Shown here one piece after another: positions 1 through 10,527 of a stretch of 64,000 bases of DNA. The DNA comes from Bacteroidota bacterium (GTDB lineage Bacteria > Bacteroidota > Bacteroidia > AKYH767-A > OLB10). The number at the start of each line of letters is the position of its first letter. Positions within the stretch are counted from its first letter, which is position 1. Location of the stretch: the NCBI GenBank assembly GCA_016713445.1, contig JADJPB010000012.1:90836-154835 (forward strand). Direction: 5' to 3'. A program made the translations under genes and the position numbers. Below the pieces are notes generated by a model, which did not search any database, was not told the origin of the DNA, and was given only the letters and a program-made list of their open reading frames with translations.

Positions 1-1651
1 AACCAGGAGTGAGATTGACTGTAGATACAATCCCTGCCGCTATGATAACTTGCTGCGTTAATGTATCACTACAAGAGCCATTTGATGCAATTAAACTAAC
101 ATTATAAGTCCCTGGTAATGGATAAGTATAGTTGGTAATATTTCCTGAGGTAGATTGACCATTTCCCCAATTCCAAACATAATTTGTTGCGTTTATACTT
201 TGATTGGTTACATTAATTGTATTGGAACAATCTGTTGTGAAATTAAAATTTGAGATTGTAGGATTAGATATTGTAATGCTTTGCGTGCTGGTGTCTGCAC
301 AAAAACCGTTTGATGCAATTAACGTAATGGTATAACTGCCAGGTGAAGGATAAGTATAAGAAGTTTGCACTCCAGAAGCAGTTTGTCCATTTCCCCAATT
401 CCAATTATAGTTTAATGCATTTAAGCTTTGATTGTTTATGGATATAGTATTTGAACAATTAAAATTGGCTAAAGTAAATTGAGACGAAACTATATTAGCA
501 ATAGTGACACTTTGTATTAAAGTATCAGGACACTGTCCATTACTTACAATAAGGCTAACATTGTAAGTGCCATTTGAAAGATAATTATGAGAAGGATTTT
601 GTAAAGTTGAAGTTGTGCCGTCTCCAAAATTCCAAAAGTATGATGTGGCACCAATGGTTTGATTAGTCAAAGATATATTTGATCCACATCCCGTATAATT
701 AATAGTAAATAAGGGAGATGGAGATTCAATGAGCATGTAAGTTTGATTGGTTAACTGACCTTGACCACCCCATCTTCCAGTTGTAATATATCCTCTAGCT
801 GCGAAACTAAACCCTATACTATAACTAGTACCCAAACCAGGAAATGATATTGGTAAAAGTGTCCATGTGTTTAAAATATCATTGTATTCATAAATATCTG
901 TGTAGGAGCTACTAAAATTATTATTTCCTAAACCAAAAAAGCCTTTTCCACTAAAAGTAAAACCTACTGCGGAATTTCGAGGAAGTCCGGGTACATTTGG
1001 AATAGCAGTCCATGAATCAGTTGTTGGATTGTAACATGACATATCATTGAAAATCGTTCCACTATTTTGACCAGTTCCAACGTATGCTTTTCCATTTAAT
1101 ACAAAACCACGTATTCCATCTCGTGCAGTTCCTGGTCTTGAAGCTACTTGTACCCAACTATTCGTTGCTTGCGAATATTTGTATTGTGTATTGTAATAAT
1201 TACCACTGCGCCATCCTCCTACAACATAACCATCATTATTAATTGAATATGCATAAAAGTCTTGTCGGCCAGTTGTCGGAAATGCAGCTTTGGGAGTCCA
1301 AGTATTTGCTATAGGATCATATTCGTTCAAGCTAGTTGGAAAAAATGAACCACTTGTTCCTAATGTGAAATATCCCTTACTACCAATACTAAACCCGTGA
1401 CCGGCCCAAATTAATCCACCATTGTAATTTGCTTTTTGTGTCCAAATGTTTGTTAATGTATCATACTCCCAAAAATCATTTGTGCCAACTGACCCAGTGT
1501 ATCCACAGCCTACATAACCTTTACCATTTAAACTAAAGCCCATTGATGCGTAGCGATTAAATGAACCCACATTTGCTTTTTGAACCCAACAATAGTTAGC
1601 TATTGCATTGTGTTTCAATAAAATAAATGCAATTAATAAAATTTTTCTCAT
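1..1651 (-). CDS. Secreted Kelch-like beta-propeller / PKD-repeat protein, N-terminal part only (C-terminus lies beyond the left window edge)
   Basis: Absent from the ORF track because it runs off the window. Hand translation of the reverse strand from ATG 1651..1649 gives the signal peptide MRKILLIAFILLKHNAIA. Repeated GKGYVGxG...W..YD..TN.W units (Kelch/galactose-oxidase type) follow, then at least 3 PKD-type modules (FWNFGDGTTS..NPSHNY..GTYNVSLIVSN; WNWGNGQT.. twice). The frame is open to position 1. Confidence 0.75.
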   Translation of the reverse strand, partial: MRKILLIAFILLKHNAIANYCWVQKANVGSFNRYASMGFSLNGKGYVGCGYTGSVGTNDFWEYDTLTNIWTQKANYNGGLIWAGHGFSIGSKGYFTLGTSGSFFPTSLNEYDPIANTWTPKAAFPTTGRQDFYAYSINNDGYVVGGWRSGNYYNTQYKYSQATNSWVQVASRPGTARDGIRGFVLNGKAYVGTGQNSGTIFNDMSCYNPTTDSWTAIPNVPGLPRNSAVGFTFSGKGFFGLGNNNFSSSYTDIYEYNDILNTWTLLPISFPGLGTSYSIGFSFAARGYITTGRWGGQGQLTNQTYMLIESPSPLFTINYTGCGSNISLTNQTIGATSYFWNFGDGTTSTLQNPSHNYLSNGTYNVSLIVSNGQCPDTLIQSVTIANIVSSQFTLANFNCSNTISINNQSLNALNYNWNWGNGQTASGVQTSYTYPSPGSYTITLIASNGFCADTSTQSITISNPTISNFNFTTDCSNTINVTNQSINATNYVWNWGNGQSTSGNITNYTYPLPGTYNVSLIASNGSCSDTLTQQVIIAAGIVSTVNLTPG

Positions 1652-1748
1652 ATACTTGAAAGTATCTTAAACAAATATAAATGTAATTTCGATATTTTCT
1701 ACATTTTCAACTTTTTATAGTGAGACAAAAACATATACTTTGCAAAAT

Positions 1749-3212
1749 ATGGGAGTCATCAAACGTCAAGGCATAAAAAATACCATAGCTACCTATATTG
1801 GTTTCATGGTGGGCTTTGTAAATCTGATTATTATCCAACCAAATTTCCTAACAAAAGAGGAGCTAGGGCTAACTCGAGTCCTCTATTCATTCGCTCTTTT
1901 AGTTGCTATGTTTGTTCCTTTGGGCATTGGCAATGCCACCACACGTTTCTTCCCTCGTTTTAAAAATATTGAGAATCGTCACCATGGTTTTTTTGGATTT
2001 ATGTTGCTGTTTCCATTGGTTGGCTTTGCATTGGCAGCGCTAGTACTTTTCTTAGCAAAGGATTTTATCATGGGTCGATATGCCGCCGAATCACCCTTGT
2101 TTAATGAGTTCTTTTATTATGTATTTCCTTTAACGTTTTTTGTTTCGATTATTTCAGTGTTGAGTGTCTATTGTTCTGCGAATTATAAAAGTACGATTCC
2201 CACTTATCTCAATGATGTTGTAGTTCGCTTTATGGCCATTGCCGTGGTGAGTTTGTATTATCTGGAAATGGTTTACCTTAGATCAGTTCATCATGGCTTT
2301 TGTTGGGATCTATGGCATTCAAATGATCGGCTTGATAATTTATATTTTTCAATTCGATAGACCTGGATTTAAAATTGATTGGCCCTATTTTAGGGAGCAA
2401 AATTTTGTTCAGTTGATTCGCTATGGATTGTTGCTCTGGTTTGCTTCCGTTGCCTCTATCGGATTGAAATTTTTCGATGCCATTATGATTGGTCAATATA
2501 TGCCCCTAGCCTTTGTCGGAATTTATACGGTCGCCGCATTTATTCCAACGATTATCGAAGCACCACTGAATGCATTTGATCGTATTGCCGCATCTAAAAT
2601 TGCATTCGCCTGGAAAGAAAATGATCGAGAAGAAATCAATTCTATTTACCAAAAATCAAGTTTGTATATGTTTATGATTGGTGGCTTTCTTTTTCTGAAT
2701 GTGAATATTAATATTTACGATTTATTTACTTTTTTACCTGAAGGATACGATCAAGGTGCCCCCATCGTCATAATTTTAAGCTTAGCAAGTCTTTACAATA
2801 TGGCTACTGGATTGAATGCAGCTATCTTATTCAATTCTGATAAGTATAGGTTAGGGGCAGTCTTTTAATTTCTTTAGCTGTAATTGTATTGGTATTGCAA
2901 ATTATTTTGATTCCGTGGTTGGGAATGATTGGAGCTGCCACTGCTACTGCATTAGCATCTTTCATTTATAATAGTCTCTTGTTTTGGTACGTGAGAAAAC
3001 ATTTTGCCTTGCAGCCATTCGAAAAGGAAAATAAGGTGCTATTATTGTTAATTATTGTTCTCTGCGGATTAGGATTTGTATTGCCTTCAACTGGAATTCC
3101 AATGCTAAACATTCTCTATAAAGGATTTGTTATTTCAGGAATCTATATCGGATATGTTTATTTTAAAAATTTGACTCCAGAAGTATTTGATTGGATAAAA
3201 AAGAAAGAATAA
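1749..3212 (+). CDS. Wzx/MOP-superfamily polysaccharide (O-unit) flippase; frame broken twice in this assembly
   Basis: ORFs 1740-2360, 2293-2868 and 2889-3212 join into one multi-TM protein with a typical flippase N-terminus (GVIKRQGIKNTIATYIGFMVGFVNLIIIQP). The breaks are at T3 2272-2274 (one T too many) and T4 2863-2866 (one T missing). Confidence 0.75.
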
Positions 3213-3222
3213 ATAGGTTGGA

Positions 3223-3990
3223 TTAAATATCTTTTAAAAGCGCTTCACATTTGTTTTTGTTCTCTATATCATCTTTGTTTTTCACCTGTATTTTGGTAGC
3301 CTTATTTAACCAATTTTTTGCGTTCTGTTTGTCGTTCGATTTATCTCTTGCCAGATAAGTTTGCGCCAACTCATAGTAATGAATCCCATTTAATGGCTCT
3401 AATAAAATTGCTCTTTCAAAATATTTAATGGACTCTTCGTAAGTACCACCAGGTAGCGCCCCAAAAATTGCCTTGATCATGGTGCGTTCTAAGATGTTAA
3501 AGCCGGCTATCTCCCGATGCCACCTTCCTAGAATATGATAAGCTCCTGCATTTTTAGAATCTAACTTGATCGTAAGTTCCGCTTCTGATTTTATCAGTTT
3601 CGCATTATCAATTTTGGTCTTGGTACTTGCAAACTCAGTCATTCTTCCCATTGCTACCGCGTAAGCATAATGCGCGTTTGCATTTTGAGGATGTTGAGTT
3701 ACCGCTCGCTTTCCTAAGTAAGCAGCAGTTGTATACCACTGCTGTTTTAAGTTTTCGGTTTTTTGATCAACACCAATCTTTGAATAAATAAAAGATGTGC
3801 GCCACAAATACTCAACATTGGAGGAGTCAGTTTTTAGAAGCAGTTTCAATATTTCTAATGCTTCGCTCCACTTTTTTTCCTGTTGTAGTTTTTCCGCCTT
3901 CAGGTAGGATTGAATTTCGCTTTTCCCATCCTGGTGGGATGCAATAAGTGGGGAGGAAGCAAAGAGTAAAATGATGAATATTTTATGCAT
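3223..3990 (-). CDS. Secreted TPR-like helical-repeat protein
   Basis: 255-aa ORF with signal peptide MHKIFIILLFASSPLIA and TPR-like A/Y/L-rich helical repeats. Its ATG overlaps the stop of the upstream Kir gene by 8 nt. Confidence 0.5.
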   Translation of the reverse strand: MHKIFIILLFASSPLIASHQDGKSEIQSYLKAEKLQQEKKWSEALEILKLLLKTDSSNVEYLWRTSFIYSKIGVDQKTENLKQQWYTTAAYLGKRAVTQHPQNANAHYAYAVAMGRMTEFASTKTKIDNAKLIKSEAELTIKLDSKNAGAYHILGRWHREIAGFNILERTMIKAIFGALPGGTYEESIKYFERAILLEPLNGIHYYELAQTYLARDKSNDKQNAKNWLNKATKIQVKNKDDIENKNKCEALLKDI

Positions 3991-4981
3991 TTTGATTGTT
4001 AGTTTTTTCTAGTGCTGAAATCATTTTTAAATCCAGCGTCGTTGCTCCATTTTCCGATTTTCCAATCATGGATGCAAACCTAACATCCCATTTTATTTCA
4101 TTAAAGTGATAGGAATTGCGATCATAAATTTGTTGAACGTAAGTATCGTCAATGGCTTTTAGGCTAATCATGAATTCAGCTTCAATATTTTCTAGGTCAA
4201 TTGCTGTTAAACCATGCAAAGGACTTTCTTCGTTGATCGGATGAACGATTGTCCATGAAAGTGCAAGGAAATTAATTTTTGGAATCTCTAATATTAAATT
4301 ACTGTATTTTCTTTGTGCTTTTCCATTGATCATCTCAGTATACGAAAAGAGTACCGTGGCCTCAACTTCTAATAACTGATTTCGCCTGGCATTGGCTATT
4401 CTAAACATTAAGGCTGTTGGTGCATCTTTCGAAAGAGTAGGGTGATGGTATGTCGTTAGGATAACATTTTCGCTGTATAAAAGTTTTGCAGTAGGGCGAG
4501 AAAATCGACCGTATAATAATCCAGTAGCTAATGCAAATCCTAATAATCCCAACATAGACTCAATACTTGCAATGGAACCGGCTAAGGCTCCAGTCGGATT
4601 TAATCTACCGTAACCAACAGTTGTTAAGGATTGAGAGCTAAAGAAAAAAATCTCTAGAAATTTATTATTTTCATTTGTATAAATCATTCCTGCAATGTCG
4701 TCTGGACAAAGCGTATAATACGTCAATGTGAAAAGTAAATTGAGGGTAAAATAAAATCCAAATACAAACAAACTAAATTTCCACCACGACATCATTATAA
4801 GTGAATGGAATATGTTGACTACATTAAATTTCGGTTCTCCAATGCGTTTTATATTGGCCGTGCCGTCCTTATTTAAAATGCGTTGTCCAGATGCATTTCC
4901 AGTGTTCCCAAATCCAAATTCAGTAGTAGAATTTTGATTAAACAATCGATTAAGTTTTTTTGCCTTAAACTCGTTTAACAT
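3983..4981 (-). CDS. Inward-rectifier-type potassium channel (KirBac family)
   Basis: 332-aa ORF with two TM helices flanking a pore loop that carries the K+ selectivity filter SLTTVGYGR. A long cytoplasmic beta-rich C-terminal domain follows, as in KirBac channels. Confidence 0.85.
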   Translation of the reverse strand: MLNEFKAKKLNRLFNQNSTTEFGFGNTGNASGQRILNKDGTANIKRIGEPKFNVVNIFHSLIMMSWWKFSLFVFGFYFTLNLLFTLTYYTLCPDDIAGMIYTNENNKFLEIFFFSSQSLTTVGYGRLNPTGALAGSIASIESMLGLLGFALATGLLYGRFSRPTAKLLYSENVILTTYHHPTLSKDAPTALMFRIANARRNQLLEVEATVLFSYTEMINGKAQRKYSNLILEIPKINFLALSWTIVHPINEESPLHGLTAIDLENIEAEFMISLKAIDDTYVQQIYDRNSYHFNEIKWDVRFASMIGKSENGATTLDLKMISALEKTNNQNA

Positions 4982-5051
4982 TTATTTGTAATGGATAAGA
5001 GCAAAAATTTAACATCTTTTACTCGGTGAAATCTTAAGCTGTGTTAATGTA

Positions 5052-5768
5052 TTAGTCATATGATTCAAAGCGAATGGCTTTTTTATCATATCCTAATATA
5101 TCCAAGCGTTGACGTGCTTCTTTGAGCATATCTGCCCATCCACAAATATAAAAGTAAGCCGGACGTTGATCACTAAATATTTCTTCGTATATACTGTGTA
5201 CGTAACCGGTCTTGCCTTTCCATCCTTCATTTTGTCGCGAGAGTACAGGAATAAAATGGAAACTTGGGTATTCTTCAGCCAACATTTCAAACTCTTTGCG
5301 ATATAGAATATCTTTCTCCCAACGATTGCCGAAGATTAAATATAAATTTTTATGTGGAATATTATTTTTTAAAATGTGCACGATTTGTGAACGCAGCGGC
5401 GCTACGCCCGTTCCTGTGCCAATGAAACATAAGTCGCGATCAATAGGATCTGGGAGTTGGAATTTGCCAAGTACTTTTGAAATTTTTAACTCGGTTCCTA
5501 CATCGTATTTCTCCCACAAAAGAGGTGTCCCCAAACCTTTTTCATTGAGTACAATGCATAATTCAAAAATGTTGTCGGTTGAAGGGGCAGAGGCAATGGA
5601 ATAACTACGATTAGTATATTTAGAATCGATCGGTAAATCCAACATGATAAATTGTCCAGCCTTAAAGGAAAATGGAATTTCGTCGGGCACCTTAATGTAA
5701 AAACGTTTTACTTTTTCTGTCTCGTCAACGATGTCTATAATTGATGCGTCTTGATAGGTATAAGCCAT
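5052..5768 (-). CDS. Ferredoxin-NADP reductase-family flavoprotein oxidoreductase
   Basis: 238-aa ORF. It has the FAD-binding RSYSIAS motif (RxYS) and the NAD(P)-binding GTGTGVAPLRS motif. The size and order of the two domains fit the plain FNR module. Confidence 0.75.
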   Translation of the reverse strand: MAYTYQDASIIDIVDETEKVKRFYIKVPDEIPFSFKAGQFIMLDLPIDSKYTNRSYSIASAPSTDNIFELCIVLNEKGLGTPLLWEKYDVGTELKISKVLGKFQLPDPIDRDLCFIGTGTGVAPLRSQIVHILKNNIPHKNLYLIFGNRWEKDILYRKEFEMLAEEYPSFHFIPVLSRQNEGWKGKTGYVHSIYEEIFSDQRPAYFYICGWADMLKEARQRLDILGYDKKAIRFESYD

Positions 5769-5903
5769 TTCATTCGTGTATTTTGCTAAAATTAAAGTTT
5801 ATTGATTTAACCCCAAAAAAATCAAAATTGAAGGAAGAGAAATTCTATTGATTTGCGAATTAAATCTAAAATAAATAGCAGATATACAATAGTTTAGGCA
5901 TGT

Positions 5904-5928
5904 TTAAGAAGTTATTATTTCTTCTTAA
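5904..5928 (-). terminator. Possible hairpin terminator downstream of xerD
   Basis: TTAAGAAG-(9 nt)-CTTCTTAA perfect 8-bp inverted repeat 37 nt after the xerD stop. No U-tract follows, so this is weak. Confidence 0.3.
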
Positions 5929-5964
5929 CGATGTTGTCAGTTCAATGAGTTTTACAGCTTACTT

Positions 5965-6867
5965 TTACTTTCGAGGATGGAATTGTAAGATGGCTGATCT
6001 TAGATAATCTTTGTCGAGATGGGTGTATATCTCGGTTGTAGTGATGCTGCTATGGCCTAACATTTCTTGTACCGCTCTTAAATCTGCGCCGCCTTCAATA
6101 AGATGGGTCGCAAAAGAATGACGAAATGGATGTGGACTAATACTAGCACGAATTCCTGCTTTGATGGCGAGGTCTTTAATGATCATAAATACCATCACCC
6201 GACTTAATTTTCGTCCTCTCCGATTAAGAAAAATAAAATCTTCATGTCCTTTTTGTATGGGAAGATGAGAGCGTATTCCTTCTAAATAAAGGTTGATTTG
6301 CTTTATGGCTGAATTCCCCATAGGAATAATTCTTTCCTTGTTTCCTTTCCCCGTAACTTTTACAAATCCATCGTTAAAATAACTTTGACTTAACTGCAAT
6401 CCTATAAGTTCAGATACACGAAGTCCGCAGCTGTACAGTGTTTCTAGCAATGCTTTGTTTCTTTGTCCTTCAGGTAAACTTAAATCGATATTGGATAATA
6501 GTAAATTGATTTCTTCAACCGTGAGAAAATCAGGAAGTTTTTTTCCGATGCTAGGACCTTCAATTAGCTCGGTAGGATCATCCTGCATCACATTTTCCAT
6601 CAACAGGTATTTGTAAAATGCTTTTACGCCTGATAAAACACGTGCTTGTGTTCTGGCCGTCATCCCTAAATCACTGACCCATCTGATGAAATCCTGAAGT
6701 TGCTCGTGTTTGATTTGTTCAGGAGAAACTGAAATTTGTTTGTAGTCTAAAAATTGTACGAGTTTTTCTATGTCATGTTCGTAGGCTTCCAAAGTATTGG
6801 AGGAAAGCGATCGCTCTAATTGTAAATAACTTCTAAATCCTTTAATGTAGGGTGTCCAGGCGTGCAT
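5965..6867 (-). CDS. xerD: Site-specific tyrosine recombinase XerD
   Basis: 300 aa. The C-terminal catalytic region HPFRHSFATHLIEGGADLRAVQEMLGHSSITTTEIYTHL (R-H-R-Y family) is present, with an N-terminal SAM-like domain. It is divergent from aroQ, as is common for the housekeeping Xer. Confidence 0.85.
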   Translation of the reverse strand: MHAWTPYIKGFRSYLQLERSLSSNTLEAYEHDIEKLVQFLDYKQISVSPEQIKHEQLQDFIRWVSDLGMTARTQARVLSGVKAFYKYLLMENVMQDDPTELIEGPSIGKKLPDFLTVEEINLLLSNIDLSLPEGQRNKALLETLYSCGLRVSELIGLQLSQSYFNDGFVKVTGKGNKERIIPMGNSAIKQINLYLEGIRSHLPIQKGHEDFIFLNRRGRKLSRVMVFMIIKDLAIKAGIRASISPHPFRHSFATHLIEGGADLRAVQEMLGHSSITTTEIYTHLDKDYLRSAILQFHPRK

Positions 6868-6913
6868 GAGTTCACGAAGATAACGAATGAAATATATTTT
6901 TGTAAGTTTGTAT

Positions 6914-7344
6914 ATGATGCGAATCGATATTATTAACGGCCCTAATTTGAATTTATTAGGGGTGCGTGAACCGGATATTTATGGTGCCGTAACATTTGAA
7001 GCGTTTTATGCTAAATTGAAAATCAGTTTGCAGATATAGATTTGAATTATTACCAAAGTAATGTCGAAGGGGAGTTGATTAATCGCTTGCATGAAGTAGG
7101 ATTTAGTTCTCATGGAATTATTTTGAATGCCGGTGGATATACCCATACTTCAGTGGCAATTGCAGATGCCATTTCAGCTATTAAAACTCCCGTACTCGAA
7201 TTACATATCTCTAATGTTTTTGCCAGAGAAGAGTATCGCCATCACAGTTTGCTGTCTGCAAAATGTGTGGGTATCATTGGCGGTCTCGGAATGAATGGAT
7301 ATGAATTAGGGATTCGGTACTTCATAGATGGGTTTAAAAAGTAA
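6914..7344 (+). CDS. aroQ: Type II 3-dehydroquinate dehydratase; one frame break
   Basis: The 5' part [24 protein letters not shown]... runs into a stop. Adding one A to A4 7019-7022 restores ..[29 protein letters not shown].. and joins ORF 7042-7344. Confidence 0.85.
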
Positions 7345-7347
7345 GAT

Positions 7348-8305
7348 TTGAATTCGAATTATGAACATATAGCAAGCTCTTTGTTGATGGTTCGTCCTGC
7401 AAAATTTGGATTTAATTCCGAGACCTTCGCCAGCAATTCTTTTCAGCATCAGGAATCCATTGAGAATAGTAGTGAATTAGCTCTTTCAGAATTTGACAAA
7501 GTAGTGGAGCAGTTAAAAGCAAAAGGGATTGATGTGATGGTTTCGCATTCCGAAGATCCGCTTGCTCCAGATTGTATATTCCCGAATAATTGTTTCAGTA
7601 CACATGCACAAAATAAGTTAATTGTTTATCCAATGATGGCTCCTAATCGTCAACGTGAACGGAAGGGGAATATGATGGTGGATTTAAAAAATAATTTTGA
7701 AGTGGATGAGATGGTAGATTTAACTTCTTATGAAGCTGATAATTTATTTTTGGAAGGAACTGGAAGCATTGTTTTTGATCATCTCCAGAAAATTGCTTAC
7801 GCGGTTAGAAGTCCTAGAACGAATGAGACAGTATTGAATAAACTCTGTGAGAAGTTAAATTATACCCTTTTTATTTACTTGTGTGGATGCCGATCATCAA
7901 CCTATCTATCATACCAACGTAGTGTTGAATTTGGGTTTAGATTATGTCGTTTTTTTTGAAGATGGAATGACGAATCCAAAGGAACGAAAAGACATACTTG
8001 ATTTATTTCGAATACGAGGCATGAATATATTAAAATTATCCTGGAATCAGGTTTTACATTTTTGTGGGAATATGCTTCAGATCCAAAATAAAGAGGGGGA
8101 ATTGTATACCGTTTGTTCAACCTCTGCCTTTAAATTTCTGTCGAATGAACAGAAGAGATTGATTTCTAAACGATCCGACTTTCTGGTTGTTGACATCCCT
8201 ATGATTGAAAAAATTGGTGGGGGCGGGATTCGTTGCATGCTGGCTGAAGTATTTTTGAATCCAAGGAATCCAAAGAATGTTGAAGAACTCCCTACAAGGA
8301 CTTAA
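7348..8305 (+). CDS. Amidinotransferase-fold enzyme (arginine deiminase-related, CtlX/DDAH-like); one frame break
   Basis: ORFs 7348-7959 and 7883-8305 join at T5 7868-7872 (one T too many). The N-terminus is LLMVRPAKFGFN, an internal PIYHTNV motif is present, and the C-terminal GGGGIRCMLAEVF carries the catalytic Cys. The start codon is uncertain (TTG). Confidence 0.6.
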
Positions 8306-9356
8306 GGTTGTAGAATTGGCCACTGTTTTGGCAGGACCGGCAGTGGGAATGTTTTTCGCGGAGTTAGGGGCAGAAGTAATCAAGGTGGAGAATAAGAAAA
8401 ACAATGGCGATCCTACTCGTGGCTGGAAGTCCATTCACGAACCAAAAGAGGATCCGGCATCTGCCTACTATCATTGCGTGAATTGGAACAAAGAAGTAGT
8501 TTTTTTAAACCTGTTGGATGAGACCGATCGATCTAAACTAGAAAAACTTCTTAAAGTTGCTGATGTATTAATCGTGAATTTCAAATCAGGCGATGCAGAA
8601 AAATTCGATTTGAAGAATTCGGTACTGCGTGAACGTTATCCTACTTTAATCATTGGCGAAATTCTTGGTTTTGAAAGTGAAGAACGTGTAGCCTACGATG
8701 CCGTTTTGCAAGCAGAAGCAGGAATGATGTCCATCAATGGAAATCCGGGAGATCAACCCTTGAAACTCCCCATCGCCTTCATTGATATTTTAGCTGCTCA
8801 TCAGTTGAAAGAAGGTATTTTGCTGGCACTTTTAAAGCGGTATGAGTCTGGAAATGGTACCCTCGTTTCCACTTCGTTGTATCGTTCCGCTTTGGCTTCT
8901 CTAATAAACCAATCTAGTACTTATCTTAATACGAATACGGTTCCTCAACAATTGGGCTCTTTACATCCTAATATTGCGCCTTACGGAGAAATTGTGAAGA
9001 GTAAAGATGATCAACCCATACTTTTAGCAGTTGGAACGGATGGACAATTTCAAGCATTGTGTGGTATGTTGAAGAAGGTAAAAATTTCTACCGACATACG
9101 CTTTAAATCGAATGCCGATCGAGTAAAAAACAGAATGGCTTTGAAAGAAGTTTTGGTTGAAGAATTTGAAAAGTTTGATGCGAATACAATCCTTAGTCAA
9201 TTGCATAAATTTAAAGTTCCGGCTGCGAAAATTAGAAAGTTGGATGAAGTGTTGAATGAAAAAATGGCGCAGGAAATGGTGTTGGAGCAAATGGAGTCTA
9301 ATGGAAAAATAAGTAAGCGAATGGCGACAGTAGCCTTTAAACTAGAGAGTATATGA
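8277..9356 (+). CDS. CoA-transferase family III (CaiB/BaiF-type)
   Basis: 359 aa. The N-terminus LQGLKVVELATVLAGPAVGMFFAELGAEVIKVE is the characteristic family III signature. Confidence 0.8.
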   Translation: MLKNSLQGLKVVELATVLAGPAVGMFFAELGAEVIKVENKKNNGDPTRGWKSIHEPKEDPASAYYHCVNWNKEVVFLNLLDETDRSKLEKLLKVADVLIVNFKSGDAEKFDLKNSVLRERYPTLIIGEILGFESEERVAYDAVLQAEAGMMSINGNPGDQPLKLPIAFIDILAAHQLKEGILLALLKRYESGNGTLVSTSLYRSALASLINQSSTYLNTNTVPQQLGSLHPNIAPYGEIVKSKDDQPILLAVGTDGQFQALCGMLKKVKISTDIRFKSNADRVKNRMALKEVLVEEFEKFDANTILSQLHKFKVPAAKIRKLDEVLNEKMAQEMVLEQMESNGKISKRMATVAFKLESI

Positions 9357-9361
9357 TGACA

Positions 9362-9801
9362 ATGAGTAAATTAAAATTTGCGGATCCTTACCAAGAAAAT
9401 AGAATAGAGGAGTATTTTTATTACGATGGAAGTTGTTAAGGAAGCCTTGGGGACAGCCCAAAGGTACGGAGCGCGATGGGTTGGAAGAAAATAGTCTGCA
9501 AAGAATGTTGGTGGATGAAGAGGGGAATATTATCGCATGCGGACGCCTTCATCTCAATTCATCTGTAGAAGCTCAAATTAGGTACATGGCGGTGGATACT
9601 GGCCATCGTGGAAAAGGAATCGGCAAAATGATGATTCAAGAATTGGAGAGTTTGGCTGTGGATGCTGGTGTCAAGACGATTGTTTTGCAAGCTCGTGAAA
9701 ATGCTTTGGAATTTTATCTGACTTGTGGTTACCTTAAAGTGAAAGAAACTTTTGTTCTTTATGGCGACATTCAACATTACTTAATGATTAAACAATTTTA
9801 A
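9362..9801 (+). CDS. GNAT-family N-acetyltransferase; one frame break
   Basis: ORF 9433-9801 has the acetyl-CoA motif HRGKGIGKMMI. The upstream frame MSKLKFADPYQENRIEEYF joins it (..EYFLLRWKLLRKPWG..) if T5 9415-9419 is lengthened by one. Confidence 0.7.
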
Positions 9802-9816
9802 ATCAGTTTTTTTAAT

Positions 9817-10506
9817 ATGCGTATTGACATCATTACTGTACACCCTGAGTTGATGGAAAGTCCTTTCCGTCATTCTATTCTAAAACGAGCCCAGGATAAA
9901 GGGTTGGTGGAAGTGAATTTAATTAATCTTCGTGATTACGCATTAAATAAACATCGTACAACGGATGACTATGCATTTGGTGGTGGCGCAGGAATGGTGA
10001 TGATGATTGAACCGATTGCACTATGTATCGAAACCTTGAAGAGTAAGAATAATTACGAAGAAGTAATTTATATGAGTCCTGACGGAGTTTTGCTCGATCA
10101 ACCTTTGGCAAATAAATTATCACTTTGTGGAAATATGATTATTTTGTGTGGCCATTATAAGGGCGTGGATGAAAGAGTACGCGAACATTTCATAACGCGT
10201 GAAGTAAGTATTGGTGATTATGTTTTATCGGGTGGGGAGTTGGGCGCCGCTGTTTTGTGCGACGCAGTGATAAGGCTAATACCTGGTGTGTTGAATGACG
10301 AAACTTCAGCTTTGTCTGATTCTTTTCAAGATAATTTAATTGCACCACCGGTGTACTCCCGGCCTGCTGAGTTTAGAGGTTGGAAAGTTCCCGATATTTT
10401 ATTGTCAGGACATGAAAAAAACATTGAGAAGTGGAAGTACGAGCAATCGATAAAACGAACGAAAGAGCGTCGCCCCAATTTGCTAAAAGGAAATAATTTG
10501 AAGTAG
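9817..10506 (+). CDS. trmD: tRNA (guanine37-N1)-methyltransferase
   Basis: 229 aa. The N-terminus [23 protein letters not shown], the motif [13 protein letters not shown] and the motif [12 protein letters not shown] are all typical of TrmD. Confidence 0.9.
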   Translation: MRIDIITVHPELMESPFRHSILKRAQDKGLVEVNLINLRDYALNKHRTTDDYAFGGGAGMVMMIEPIALCIETLKSKNNYEEVIYMSPDGVLLDQPLANKLSLCGNMIILCGHYKGVDERVREHFITREVSIGDYVLSGGELGAAVLCDAVIRLIPGVLNDETSALSDSFQDNLIAPPVYSRPAEFRGWKVPDILLSGHEKNIEKWKYEQSIKRTKERRPNLLKGNNLK

Positions 10507-10527
10507 AGACTCGAATTTCAAGGTGCC

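Noticed and set aside
5965-6867. Tyrosine recombinase as a marker of an integrated mobile element
   Set aside because: The sequence and length fit the housekeeping XerD, and the gene sits divergent from aroQ as in many Bacteroidota. No att-like repeats, phage genes or transposon genes flank it.
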